Below are positions 16,975 through 25,816 of a stretch of 32,000 bases of DNA, piece after piece. The notes beneath the pieces are model-generated. The model was not told the DNA's origin, searched no databases, and was given only the letters and a program-made list of their open reading frames with translations. Made by a program: the position numbers and the translations under genes. Numbering within the stretch: position 1 is the first letter of the stretch; every line of letters starts with the position of its first letter. Origin of the DNA: an uncultured Actinomycetes bacterium (GTDB lineage Bacteria; Actinomycetota; Actinomycetes; S36-B12; CAIYMF01); assembly GCA_963843975.1 (NCBI GenBank), contig CAWJMG010000003.1, positions 1,830,001-1,862,000 on the forward strand. Direction: 5' to 3'.

Positions 16975-17393
16975 TCACCAATCCTTCGATGGTCGCCGTG
17001 AGTCGACTTTGACTCGATCCCGGCGGGAGGGCGCGACGGTCCCACCGCGGCTCCGGCCCTTCAGGCACGGCCTTGACCCGGCGAGCCAGGCTTGCCCCGG
17101 AGCAAGCGACGGCATCGAAAGAGGTGACCATCCGCGCATCGCGCGAGACCGACGAGACCGCAGCGGCGTCGCTGGCCTCCACCACATTCACGAGATCGTC
17201 CCAGTCCGAGTCGTCGAAGGATGGCGACCGACGGTCGCAGACCAGTCTCTGCGTACCCAAGCCGGCGGCGGCTACGACCCAGGTGAAGAATGGCGACCGG
17301 TCAGTTGTTGCCTTGGGTAGACCGAAGTCCTGAGCTTCTCTCACGAGCTGCATCTCCGTGCTACTCCCCGACCGGACGGCCTACCATGCCCCC

Positions 17394-18596
17394 GTGCCCA
17401 CAGACGACGATCTCCGCCGCATTGCTGACGTGTTGCGCGCGCGAGTCCCCGAGCTGGTAGAACGCATACAGCGCAGACAGCGCGCGGAGGTGCCGCAGTA
17501 CTACGTCGGCGATGACCCCAGCATGGCCGCGGTCGAGATCGCCGCCATCGCCGACTCCCTGAACGACATCCTTGATGGGCTTGCGGGGAGCCTGGAAGCG
17601 CCGCGGCAGGTCCCGAACGGTCCGTTGCGGGAAGCACGGATGGCGGCACAGGCAGGCATCGATCTGAACGATCTCATCCGCACGTATCGTGTCGGCCAAG
17701 CCGTCACCTGGGATTGCCTGATGGAGGTCGTGACTGCGCTGGTGCGCGACGCGGAGGAGCGCTACGACGTGCTCCGCCGGGCCGCCGCTTATCACTTCGA
17801 CTGGAACGACTCCGTCGTGGCCGGCGTGATCGAGGCCTACCAGCAGGAGTACAAGAGCTTCTACTTCAAGGCCGGGGACCGGAAGCGTCGGGCCGTCGTT
17901 CGCGACATCCTCAGCGGTCTGACGGTCGATACCTCATCGCTGGGCTACAGCTTCCAGGGCGTGCATCTCGGTATCGTCGCGTGGGGCGACTCGTCCGAAG
18001 CGGCCGTGCAACAGATCGGGACGCTGATCGGCGGCGAGCAGGTCAGCATCACGGGCACCGGTGGAACAGTGCTCAGCTGGGTGCATCACGATCAACTCCC
18101 CAGGAGGCTCGTGCGACTCGATGCACGATTCACACCGCCCGAGGGCAGCTTTGTGGCGATCGGCGATCTGGCCGCCGGTGTCGACGGGTTCAGGCTCACG
18201 TATCGTCAGGCGTGGCAGGCGTACCGGGTGGGACGGATCATTGCTGCCCCCTTCACCCGCTACAAGGACGTTGCGCTGGACGCTCTCGCGCTCCGCGACA
18301 GGCAGTCGGCCCGGGACTTCGTGCAGTACATGCTGGGCCGGCTCGACCCGCACGACTCGCGGTCGCAGATTCTCATCGAAACACTCGAGGCGTACTTCGC
18401 CTGCGGGCACAACGGAGCCCTGACGTCGCAGCGGCTCGCAGTCCACGAACGCACTGTTGCCTATCGGCTCAAGTCGATCGAGCAACGCCTGGGTGTGCCC
18501 GTGACGAGTAGGCGTGTCGAGCTTCTCCACGGCCATCCGGCTCGATCGGATCCTCAGCGGCGGCGACGCCCTTGGACTGCCTGTTGCGTTCGATAA
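17394..18596 (+). CDS. PucR-family transcriptional regulator (copy 2), C-terminal tail altered by an apparent frameshift
   Basis: Roughly 70% identical by eye to copy 1 over its whole length. Alignment with copy 1 favours GTG 17394 (VPTDDDL vs MSTDEDL) over GTG 17358. After the HTH, the copy-1-like tail (STAIRLDRILSGGDALGL...) continues in the +1 frame to TGA 18619-18621. Confidence 0.75.
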   Translation: MPTDDDLRRIADVLRARVPELVERIQRRQRAEVPQYYVGDDPSMAAVEIAAIADSLNDILDGLAGSLEAPRQVPNGPLREARMAAQAGIDLNDLIRTYRVGQAVTWDCLMEVVTALVRDAEERYDVLRRAAAYHFDWNDSVVAGVIEAYQQEYKSFYFKAGDRKRRAVVRDILSGLTVDTSSLGYSFQGVHLGIVAWGDSSEAAVQQIGTLIGGEQVSITGTGGTVLSWVHHDQLPRRLVRLDARFTPPEGSFVAIGDLAAGVDGFRLTYRQAWQAYRVGRIIAAPFTRYKDVALDALALRDRQSARDFVQYMLGRLDPHDSRSQILIETLEAYFACGHNGALTSQRLAVHERTVAYRLKSIEQRLGVPVTSRRVELLHGHPARSDPQRRRRPWTACCVR

Positions 18597-18705
18597 CGGA
18601 ACCGACGGCGCTCTGGTCTGAGTTTGCGGAACCGGTAAAAGACACGGCGGCAACTGTGCGTCGGGCACAGATGCCGAGCCTTGCGCATCGCCCGATGCTG
18701 TCAGT

Positions 18706-19575
18706 GTGAAACCGGCCAGTTTCGAGCATGTCGCGCCAGCGACCGTCCATGAGGCCCTCCTCCTCCTCGCCGACGACAGCATCGAGAGCAAGGTGCTTGC
18801 CGGCGGACAGAGCCTGATTCCGCTCATGAACCTCCGGCTGGCGACCCCGGAACGGCTCATCGATACGAACAACCTGTTTGATCTTGCCTATATCCTGCAG
18901 GACTTTCAGGGGCTACAGATCGGTGCCATGACGCGGCATGCGGATGTGCTCACGTCCCCCCTGGTGCGCCAGGTGTGTCCCCTGCTCCACGAGGCGGCCG
19001 GCTACGTCGCCCATTCGCAGATTCGCAACCGCGGGACTCTCGGGGGAACGCTCGCCCATGCAGACGCCGCCGCCGAAATGCCCGTGGCGCTTCTGGCCAG
19101 CGACGCCGTGATCACGGCGCGATCCGTCGAGGGCGAGCGCCAGATCGCGGCGCAGGACTTCTTCAAGAGCTACTTCACCACGGCGCTGAGGGCTGACGAG
19201 CTGCTGGTCGACGTCTTCGTCCCGAACGCGGCCCCCCACAGCGGTTCCGCCTTTCGAGAGTTCGCTCGCCGGCGGGGCGACTACGCAATTGGCGGGGCGG
19301 CCACAGTGATCACTCTGGACAACACCGGGGTGTGCGAGTCGGCGCGCATCGCTCTCCTCGCCGCTGGACCAGCACCAGTCCGGGCGCTCGGCGCCGAGCA
19401 CCTGGCTGTTGGGCGCTCGCTGGACGACGAGATGATCCGTGAGGTGGCCATTGCAGCGGCCGCAGAGTCCAACCCCGTCGACAGCGTCCACGGAACAATC
19501 GAGTACCGGCGCGCCGTCATCGAGCAGATGGTCTACCAGGCCCTGCGCGAAGCCGTCCGCCGAGCGGGAGTGTGA
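18706..19575 (+). CDS. xanthine-dehydrogenase-family Mo-hydroxylase, FAD-binding medium subunit (CoxM-like), copy 1
   Basis: 289 aa, GTG start. MKPASFEH...AGGQSLIPLMNLRL and IRNRGTLGGTLAHAD are typical of CO-dehydrogenase-flavoprotein-type subunits. Confidence 0.85.
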   Translation: MKPASFEHVAPATVHEALLLLADDSIESKVLAGGQSLIPLMNLRLATPERLIDTNNLFDLAYILQDFQGLQIGAMTRHADVLTSPLVRQVCPLLHEAAGYVAHSQIRNRGTLGGTLAHADAAAEMPVALLASDAVITARSVEGERQIAAQDFFKSYFTTALRADELLVDVFVPNAAPHSGSAFREFARRRGDYAIGGAATVITLDNTGVCESARIALLAAGPAPVRALGAEHLAVGRSLDDEMIREVAIAAAAESNPVDSVHGTIEYRRAVIEQMVYQALREAVRRAGV

Positions 19576-20039
19576 GCGACATGACGCGAGTCAGCATCGA
19601 GATCAACGACATGGTGCACGAAGCCGAGATCGACCCACGCACTCTGCTGTCCGACTTCATCCGGCACGACGTGCACCTCACAGGGACACATGTCGGCTGT
19701 GAACAAGGGGCTTGCGGCGCATGCACCGTGCTGTTCGACGGGCTTCCCGTTCGCTCGTGCACGATGCTCGCGGTGCAGGCCGATGGCCACGCCGTGCATA
19801 CCGTTGAATCCCTCGCCCGCGATGGTCAGCTCAGCAAGCTGCAGCGAAGCTTCACCTCATGTCACGGACTTCAGTGCGGCTTCTGCACCCCCGGGATGCT
19901 CATGACGCTAACCCCCCTCGTCGAGTCGGGGAGCCGTCTGTCGGACGAGGAGATCCGGGAAGCCATCTCGGGAAACCTGTGCCGCTGCACGGGCTACCAG
20001 CAGATCGTCGATGCCGTTCGGGATGCCCTCGGCGGCTGA
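19572..20039 (+). CDS. Mo-hydroxylase [2Fe-2S] small subunit (CoxS-like), copy 1
   Basis: Cys clusters CEQGACGACTV, CGFCTPGM and CRCTGY. GTG 19572 overlaps the upstream TGA (GTGA). ATG 19581 is an alternative start. Confidence 0.85.
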   Translation: MSDMTRVSIEINDMVHEAEIDPRTLLSDFIRHDVHLTGTHVGCEQGACGACTVLFDGLPVRSCTMLAVQADGHAVHTVESLARDGQLSKLQRSFTSCHGLQCGFCTPGMLMTLTPLVESGSRLSDEEIREAISGNLCRCTGYQQIVDAVRDALGG

Positions 20040-20048
20040 TGGCTCGGA

Positions 20049-20852
20049 TCAGCCCAGTCGACGATCCGCCAGCACAGGGAAGGCCCGACGCGCAGCTCTC
20101 ACCGCTGCCAAGTCCAGGTCCACCACAAGAGCCTCTTCGCCGTGCCCTGCAGACCGCAGACGTCGACCATCGGGGCCAATCACAGAGCTACTGCCGCCCA
20201 TCGCGATGCCCGCATGCTCGCCCGCCGTGTTGCACTGGACCAGGAACACCTGGTCCTCAATCGCCCGCGCCTGCCCAAGTACTGACCAGTGCTCAACCCG
20301 CGAGAGCGGCCATGCTGCCGGCACGAGGACGAGCTCGGCGCCTCGGTCGACGAGGCCTCGGAAGAGCTCGGGGAAGCGCAGGTCATAGCACGTCGCCAGC
20401 CCGACGACCACTTCCTCGTCGCCGAATCTCACCGCCGAGGTGCTCAGTCCCTCGCCCGCCTCCATCAACTGCGGTTCGCCATCGGAGAACCCGAACCGGT
20501 GAATCTTGCGGTACGTCGTGAGGACCTTGCCGTCGGAGTCGATGAGTACCGAGGTGTTGTAGAGGAGCGGTGATCCGTCGTCTCTCTCGCCGGCATGCTC
20601 CACGAGGGATCCCATGTGGACCACAGCGCCGATCCTCCGAGCCGTCTCCTGCATGCGAGGAACGAGCTCATCTGACAGGGTCTGGGCTGTCTCTCGCCAG
20701 CGGGCATAGGAGAACCCGCCGTTGAACCACAGCTCAGGGAGAACCAGCAGGTCGGCACCCTTCTGCTGATCGAGCAGTGCCACAACGCGATCCAGACGAT
20801 CGTCCGGGTCTTCCAGGTCGTCGTAGGACAGTTGGAGAACGTGGACCTTCAT
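20049..20852 (-). CDS. carbon-nitrogen hydrolase (nitrilase superfamily; omega-amidase-like)
   Basis: The Glu-Lys-Cys triad contexts are present: LVLPELWF, YRKIHRF, ATCYDLRFPE. It starts 2 nt after the stop of the upstream large-subunit pseudogene. Confidence 0.85.
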   Translation of the reverse strand: MKVHVLQLSYDDLEDPDDRLDRVVALLDQQKGADLLVLPELWFNGGFSYARWRETAQTLSDELVPRMQETARRIGAVVHMGSLVEHAGERDDGSPLLYNTSVLIDSDGKVLTTYRKIHRFGFSDGEPQLMEAGEGLSTSAVRFGDEEVVVGLATCYDLRFPELFRGLVDRGAELVLVPAAWPLSRVEHWSVLGQARAIEDQVFLVQCNTAGEHAGIAMGGSSSVIGPDGRRLRSAGHGEEALVVDLDLAAVRAARRAFPVLADRRLG

Positions 20853-20854
20853 CG

Positions 20855-23238
20855 CTACTCCGTGATCCGCCCAATTGCGCGCAAGACGTTCTCCGGCGTG
20901 ATGGGGATGTCCCGCAGAACAGCCCCGAACGGCGCGATCGCGTCGTTGACAGCGTTCAGAACGGCCACTGGAGCTGCGATGAGCGCGGATTCACCCATGC
21001 CCTTGGCCCCGTTCCAGGTGTGCGTGGACGGGGTCTGCAGATGCAGGATCTCGAACGGTGGCGCGACGTCAGCTGTCGGCAACTGGTAGTCGACGAGCGT
21101 CGTGGTGACCAGCTGCCCCTCGTTGTCGTAGACAAGCCGCTCAAACAGCGCCGCTCCGATGCCCTGCATGGCGCCGCCGCGGATCTGGCCGTCCACGATG
21201 CCGGGGTTGATGACCGTGCCGCAGTCCTCGACGACGTACATGCGCTCGACCGTGACGAAGCCGGTGTCCACGTCCACTTCGACGAGCGCCGCCTGGGCCC
21301 CGTTCGAGAACATGGGGCGCCCAGCGTCGTAGGCGAACGTCGCTTCCAGGCCCGGGTCGAATCCCTCCGGCCACACGGAGTCGTCGAAGTAGATGGACGT
21401 GGCGACGTCCGCGATCGACACGGAGGCCTCACTGTCGCCCACCACCGAGGCGCGCCCGTCGACCAGTTCGATGTCCCCGGACGAGACTTCGAGCATGTTC
21501 CCCGCGACCGCGAGCAACTTCTCTCGCAACAGTCCAGCTGCGCGACCGATAGCGCCGGCCGCGATCACGGCGCCACGGCTAGCTACGGTGCCGCTGCCGT
21601 AGGTGTAGCGGGTGCTGTCACCCGAGATGACAGTCACGTCCTCAGGGCGGACACCCATCATGTCCGCAGCCACCTGCGCAGCCGTCGTCCTGTTGCCCTG
21701 GCCCTGAGTCGTCAGTCCGAGAGTCACCGTGACGGTGCCGTTCGGATCCATCCGAACGGTCGCGGTGTCGTGGTAGATGCCCGCAAGCCCGTGCGCCTTG
21801 CCCATGGCCGTGCTCTCACCGGTGCTCTCCACGAACACGGACAGGCCGAGTCCGAGGTAGCGGCCCTGCGCACGGGCCTCAGCCTGACGAGCGCGGAAGG
21901 CCTCGTAGTCGACCATGGACTCGAGCCGATCGATCGACTCGAGCCAGCTGCCTTCGTCATAGGTGATCCCCTGGGCATTCACCCACGGTAGGGACTTCAC
22001 CACGTTGTGTCGGCGGAACTCGAAGGGGGACATTCCGACCGCGCGTGCCGCCTCGTCGATGATCGCCTCGCGCGCGAACGTGCCCGCCATGTATCCGACA
22101 CCGCGGTAAGCGCCCACGGGGGCCTTGTTCGTGGCCGCGGCCTCGTAGGTGTACTCAAGCGTCGTCACGTCATAGACCCCCTGCGGGGTCACGACTACGG
22201 CGCACCAAGGCTCGACAGCCATGCTCCAAGGCGGCTGGTGGAAGGCACCACCATCGCCGAGTGCGCGTGTCTTCATGGCCACTACGCGATGGTTCTCGTC
22301 CAGCGCCAGCGCGATGGTGACGAACTGCTCGTGTGCGTGCGCGGCCACCATCAAGTTCTCGCGTCGATCCTCGACCCACTTCACAGGGCGCCCGAGCTGC
22401 ACGACTCAGGAGCGGCATGATCAGTTCCTCCACGAACAGGTGCGCCTTCTGGCCGAAGCCACCGCCGGTGTCGGGAGTGAGGACTTCAACCAGGTTTTCC
22501 TGCAACCCGAGGTAGGCCGTGAGGAAGTACCGGATCAGATGGGGCATCTGAGTGGACGTCCAGAGCTTGAGCTCCTGGCTCGCCCAGTCGTAGTTGGCGA
22601 TGACCCCGCGGGTCTCCATGGGCGTGGGCGAGAGCCGACCCGTGTGGTAAGTCGCCTCGACGACGAGGGCCGCCGCCTCGAAGGTCTCAGAGACCGGGCC
22701 GAAACTGGCACCGCCACGCAGACCGAGATTGCCGGCCAGCTGGTCGTTGGCCAGGTCGCTGCCCTCAAGCAGAGCAGCATTCGCATCCGTAACCGCCGGC
22801 AGCGGCTCTGTCTGGACCGAGATCAGTTCAACGGCGTCCTCGGCGATGGCCCGGCTGTCGGCCACCACTACGGCGATCGGTTCACCGACGTAGTGCAGCG
22901 TGTCGCGGGCGAGCAGCGGCATAAGTGTCGCGATGCATCCGTCTACGTCCAGCGAGCCTTCGATTGCCTCGCAGTGCTGCGCGGTGTCGGCACCAGTCCA
23001 GACGAGATGCACGCCGGGAAGCGCCTGTGCCGCAGTCACATCGACGCTGACAAGCTTTGCATGCGCTTCGCTGCTCCGCAGAAATGCTGCATGGAGGCTC
23101 GCGAGGCAGGACGACATCGGCCAGGTACCGCCCGCCTCCCGACAGGAGCCGGGGGTCCTCTGACCGCAGCACGCTCTGGCCGACGGAACGCGCCGCCACC
23201 ATACGAGTCGCGAGGTGACCGCTTGTGTGCCAGGTCAT
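20855..23238 (-). pseudogene. Mo-hydroxylase molybdopterin-binding large subunit (CoxL-like), copy 2, interrupted by two apparent frameshifts
   Basis: Three consecutive ORF pieces cover one protein. The N-terminus MTWHTS...GQSVLRSEDPRLLSGGGRYLADVVLP starts at ATG 23236-23238, which is ATGA-coupled to the small-subunit gene. The middle piece runs SLHAAFLRSSEAHAKLVSVD...HLFVEELIMPLLS. The C-terminal piece runs VQLGRPVKWVEDRREN...AIGRITE. The breaks lie near 23092-23103 and 22400-22410. Each piece aligns with the intact paralog at 27179-29512. Confidence 0.8.
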
Positions 23239-23729
23239 CGCGACACCCCGCGCTCCGCCGCAGCAGCGAGGACGGCGTTGACGATCGTCTCGTAACCCGT
23301 GCATCGGCACAGGTGACCCGAGAGCCACTCGACTACCTGTTCGCGAGAGGGATCAGGCTCCTTCTCCAGGAGCGCGGTCATCGACATCAGAATGCCACCC
23401 GTGCAGAATCCGCACTGCAGGCCGAAGTTCTCGCGGAACGAGTTCTGCAGTGTGTTGAGCTCGCGCCCTTCCGCCAAGCTCTCGACCGTCCGGATTCTCG
23501 CGCCGTCTGCCTGGGCAGCGAACACGAGGCACCCGCGGGTCGGTTCGTCGTCGACCAGGACCGTGCAGGCTCCGCACGCGCCGTGCTCGCACCCGAGCTT
23601 TGTGCCGGTCAATCCGGCGTGAGTGCGAACGAACTCGGCGAGGGACGTGCGAGCCGTCACCGCCGCGGTGACTCGTGAGCCGTTGACATCCATGGTCACG
23701 GTCACGATCTCGGAAGGAAGTGAGGTCAT
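23235..23729 (-). CDS. Mo-hydroxylase [2Fe-2S] small subunit (CoxS-like), copy 2
   Basis: CEHGACGACTV, CGFCTGGI, CRCTGY. ATGA overlaps at both ends (23726-23729 and 23235-23238). Confidence 0.9.
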   Translation of the reverse strand: MTSLPSEIVTVTMDVNGSRVTAAVTARTSLAEFVRTHAGLTGTKLGCEHGACGACTVLVDDEPTRGCLVFAAQADGARIRTVESLAEGRELNTLQNSFRENFGLQCGFCTGGILMSMTALLEKEPDPSREQVVEWLSGHLCRCTGYETIVNAVLAAAAERGVSR

Positions 23730-24580
23730 CGAGGGGCTCCCAGTGTCCGGACGACCTGCTGCACAAGGCCGCTCACGATGTGCCGCCGATAGGCGGTGCT
23801 TCCGTTGATGTCACCAAGAATCCTGAGCTCGTCGATCACAGCCTGCGCCGCGTCCGAAGCGGCCGAGACATCCGCATCTCGCCCTTCGAGCAAGGACTCG
23901 GCGTGCCGCGCTCTGCAGGTTGTGCCGACGGCTCCACCGACCGCGATTCGGACGTTGCGCAACGGTCCGCTCACGTCGTCGCAGGTCGCGGCCACCAACG
24001 CCAGACCGTAGTCGCCCATCCGGCGTGTCAACTCCTGGAATGCCAGCCGTCGCCCGGCGACCGGGAGGTCGATCCTGGTCAGGAACTCGCTCTGTTCCAT
24101 CGAGGTGGTGAAGACGTTGAGGAAGAGGTCGTCCGCCTCGATGACGCGCTCCCCCGTTCGACTGGACACAGTCACGGAGCCGCCGTAGGCGACCAGCAGC
24201 AAGGGCCACTCAGCCGCAGAGTCGGCATGGCAGAGGCTCCCCCCGACGGTGCCGCGCGACCTGATCTGCGGGTGCGCAATGTGACGGATGGCATCGACCA
24301 GCCCCGGCGCCGCGCCTGCCACCACTGCGGAGTGCTCGACATCCGCATGGGTGACCATCGCGCCGAAACGCAGGTTGCCGTCTGGTCGACGTTCGATGGC
24401 ATCGAGTCCCGGAATGTGCGAGATGTCGATCAGCTGAGATGGATACGCCAAGCGCAGGTTCATCATGGGGACCAAGCTCTGACCGCCCGCGACGATCTTG
24501 GCGTCCTCGTCGGACTCGAGCATGGCGCACGCCTCGCTCACGCTGGTGGCGCGCACAAATGCGAACGATGCTGGCTTCAC
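23726..24580 (-). CDS. Mo-hydroxylase FAD-binding medium subunit (CoxM-like), copy 2
   Basis: 284 aa. GTG 24578-24580 is preceded by AGAGGA. Motifs MKPASFAF...AGGQSLVPMMNLRL and IRSRGTVGGSLCHAD. Confidence 0.85.
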   Translation of the reverse strand: MKPASFAFVRATSVSEACAMLESDEDAKIVAGGQSLVPMMNLRLAYPSQLIDISHIPGLDAIERRPDGNLRFGAMVTHADVEHSAVVAGAAPGLVDAIRHIAHPQIRSRGTVGGSLCHADSAAEWPLLLVAYGGSVTVSSRTGERVIEADDLFLNVFTTSMEQSEFLTRIDLPVAGRRLAFQELTRRMGDYGLALVAATCDDVSGPLRNVRIAVGGAVGTTCRARHAESLLEGRDADVSAASDAAQAVIDELRILGDINGSTAYRRHIVSGLVQQVVRTLGAPR

Positions 24581-24628
24581 GGCACCGATCCTCTCTGATC
24601 GCTGTTTGAGACCGCCACGGGAGAACGT

Positions 24629-25816
24629 TCAGCTCGGGTCAGGGAGTCCAAAGTAGTTCTCTGGATCGCCGGGCTCGAACGCTCCACCGTGCTGCAATGC
24701 TGCCGCCATGCGACGCACCTTCGAGAGATAGCCTCGAGCCCGTCGGAGCTGCCGGGGTTCCCATGCTGCGATCGCGGCGTCAACGTCGTCGGGATGAGCC
24801 TTGATTGCTTCTGCCAGTTCCCAGCCGTCGGCGGCCGCCTTGGCGGCTCCAGCGGCAGCATGGGGTCTCGGAGTGACGCCGGCGTCGCCTACGAGGACGA
24901 TTCGCCCCCGATGCATCGCGGGTACGTCGCAGTCAGCGACAATCGTGACGAACGGCGCAGGTGAGGCCATCACCAGATTGCGGAAGTGCGGCCCGAGTTG
25001 CGCCTCTGCCCGTGTCACGAGCCGTTCGAGCGTCGTGCCGGGGAGCACGTGGTTGTGCACTGTTAGAGGCTGCCGTACACCGTTGATGTCGGTGAGCATC
25101 AGGTCCAGGTCAGCGTCTCCCTCGGTGTTCCAGTACCACTGCCAGTTCAGGCGGCGCCCGGTCACCTGCAGTTCGCTGCTGATCGTCGGGATCGGGTAGG
25201 TGATGAGGTGGCTGTCGGGCAACAGGCCGTAGGTGAAGAAGTCGTCGAAGAAGTTCCACGTGTCCGACTCGACGTCGTTTTGCTCCACCAGCCCACGCCA
25301 GGTGACGTAGCCGGCGTATTGCGGGCCGGTGTCGAACAACTGTCGACGCGCGCGCGACATGGCGCCATCGGCGCATACGACGAGGTCGGCGGACACGGTC
25401 TCTCCGGACTCGAAGACGACCTTCGTCTCGGAGCTGTCTAGCTCACCTTCGAAACGGTCGAAGGTCATGCCCAAGTGGTAGCGATCAGTACCGAAGGAGG
25501 CGAGCAGGCCCTGGTACAGCGCGTTGTACGACGTGAAATGCCAGGACCGGTCGGCGGTTCCGAGGAGGTTCTCCTGCGTGGGTCCGTAGTACTGCATTCC
25601 TTTCGAGCCCACGCTGATCCGATCGAGGCCGATGTCCGTGCGCTCGAGGAAGTATCGGACGAGCTCGGGCTGGACGACGATCCCCGTGCCGAAGCCTGCC
25701 AGGGTGCGTGATGACCGCTCGTACACGTCGACGTCGCACCCCGCGTCCCTCAGCGCGACTGCCGCGTTGAGACCTGCGATGGAACCACCGAGCACCGCCA
25801 CCCGGAGCCCGGCCAC
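24629..25816 (-). CDS. FAD-dependent aromatic-ring monooxygenase, 2,6-dihydroxypyridine 3-monooxygenase (DHPH)-like
   Basis: 395 aa, GTG start. The N-terminus VAVLGGSIAGLNAAVALRDAGCDVDVYERS..LAGFGTGIVVQPELV, plus YAGYVTWRG, LVGDAGVTPRPHAAAG and the tail LQHGGAFEPG, match my recollection of the DHPH family. This is not verified by search. Confidence 0.7.
   Translation of the reverse strand: MAGLRVAVLGGSIAGLNAAVALRDAGCDVDVYERSSRTLAGFGTGIVVQPELVRYFLERTDIGLDRISVGSKGMQYYGPTQENLLGTADRSWHFTSYNALYQGLLASFGTDRYHLGMTFDRFEGELDSSETKVVFESGETVSADLVVCADGAMSRARRQLFDTGPQYAGYVTWRGLVEQNDVESDTWNFFDDFFTYGLLPDSHLITYPIPTISSELQVTGRRLNWQWYWNTEGDADLDLMLTDINGVRQPLTVHNHVLPGTTLERLVTRAEAQLGPHFRNLVMASPAPFVTIVADCDVPAMHRGRIVLVGDAGVTPRPHAAAGAAKAAADGWELAEAIKAHPDDVDAAIAAWEPRQLRRARGYLSKVRRMAAALQHGGAFEPGDPENYFGLPDPS

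Noticed and set aside
16247-17353. 368-aa minus-strand ORF spanning the PQ-loop gene and the upstream gap
   Set aside because: From about 16975 downward it is Arg/Pro/Gly-rich. There it is the out-of-frame shadow of the PQ-loop gene, which has a coherent TM pattern and an RBS. Only its first ~85-125 codons look coding-like, and I report those separately.
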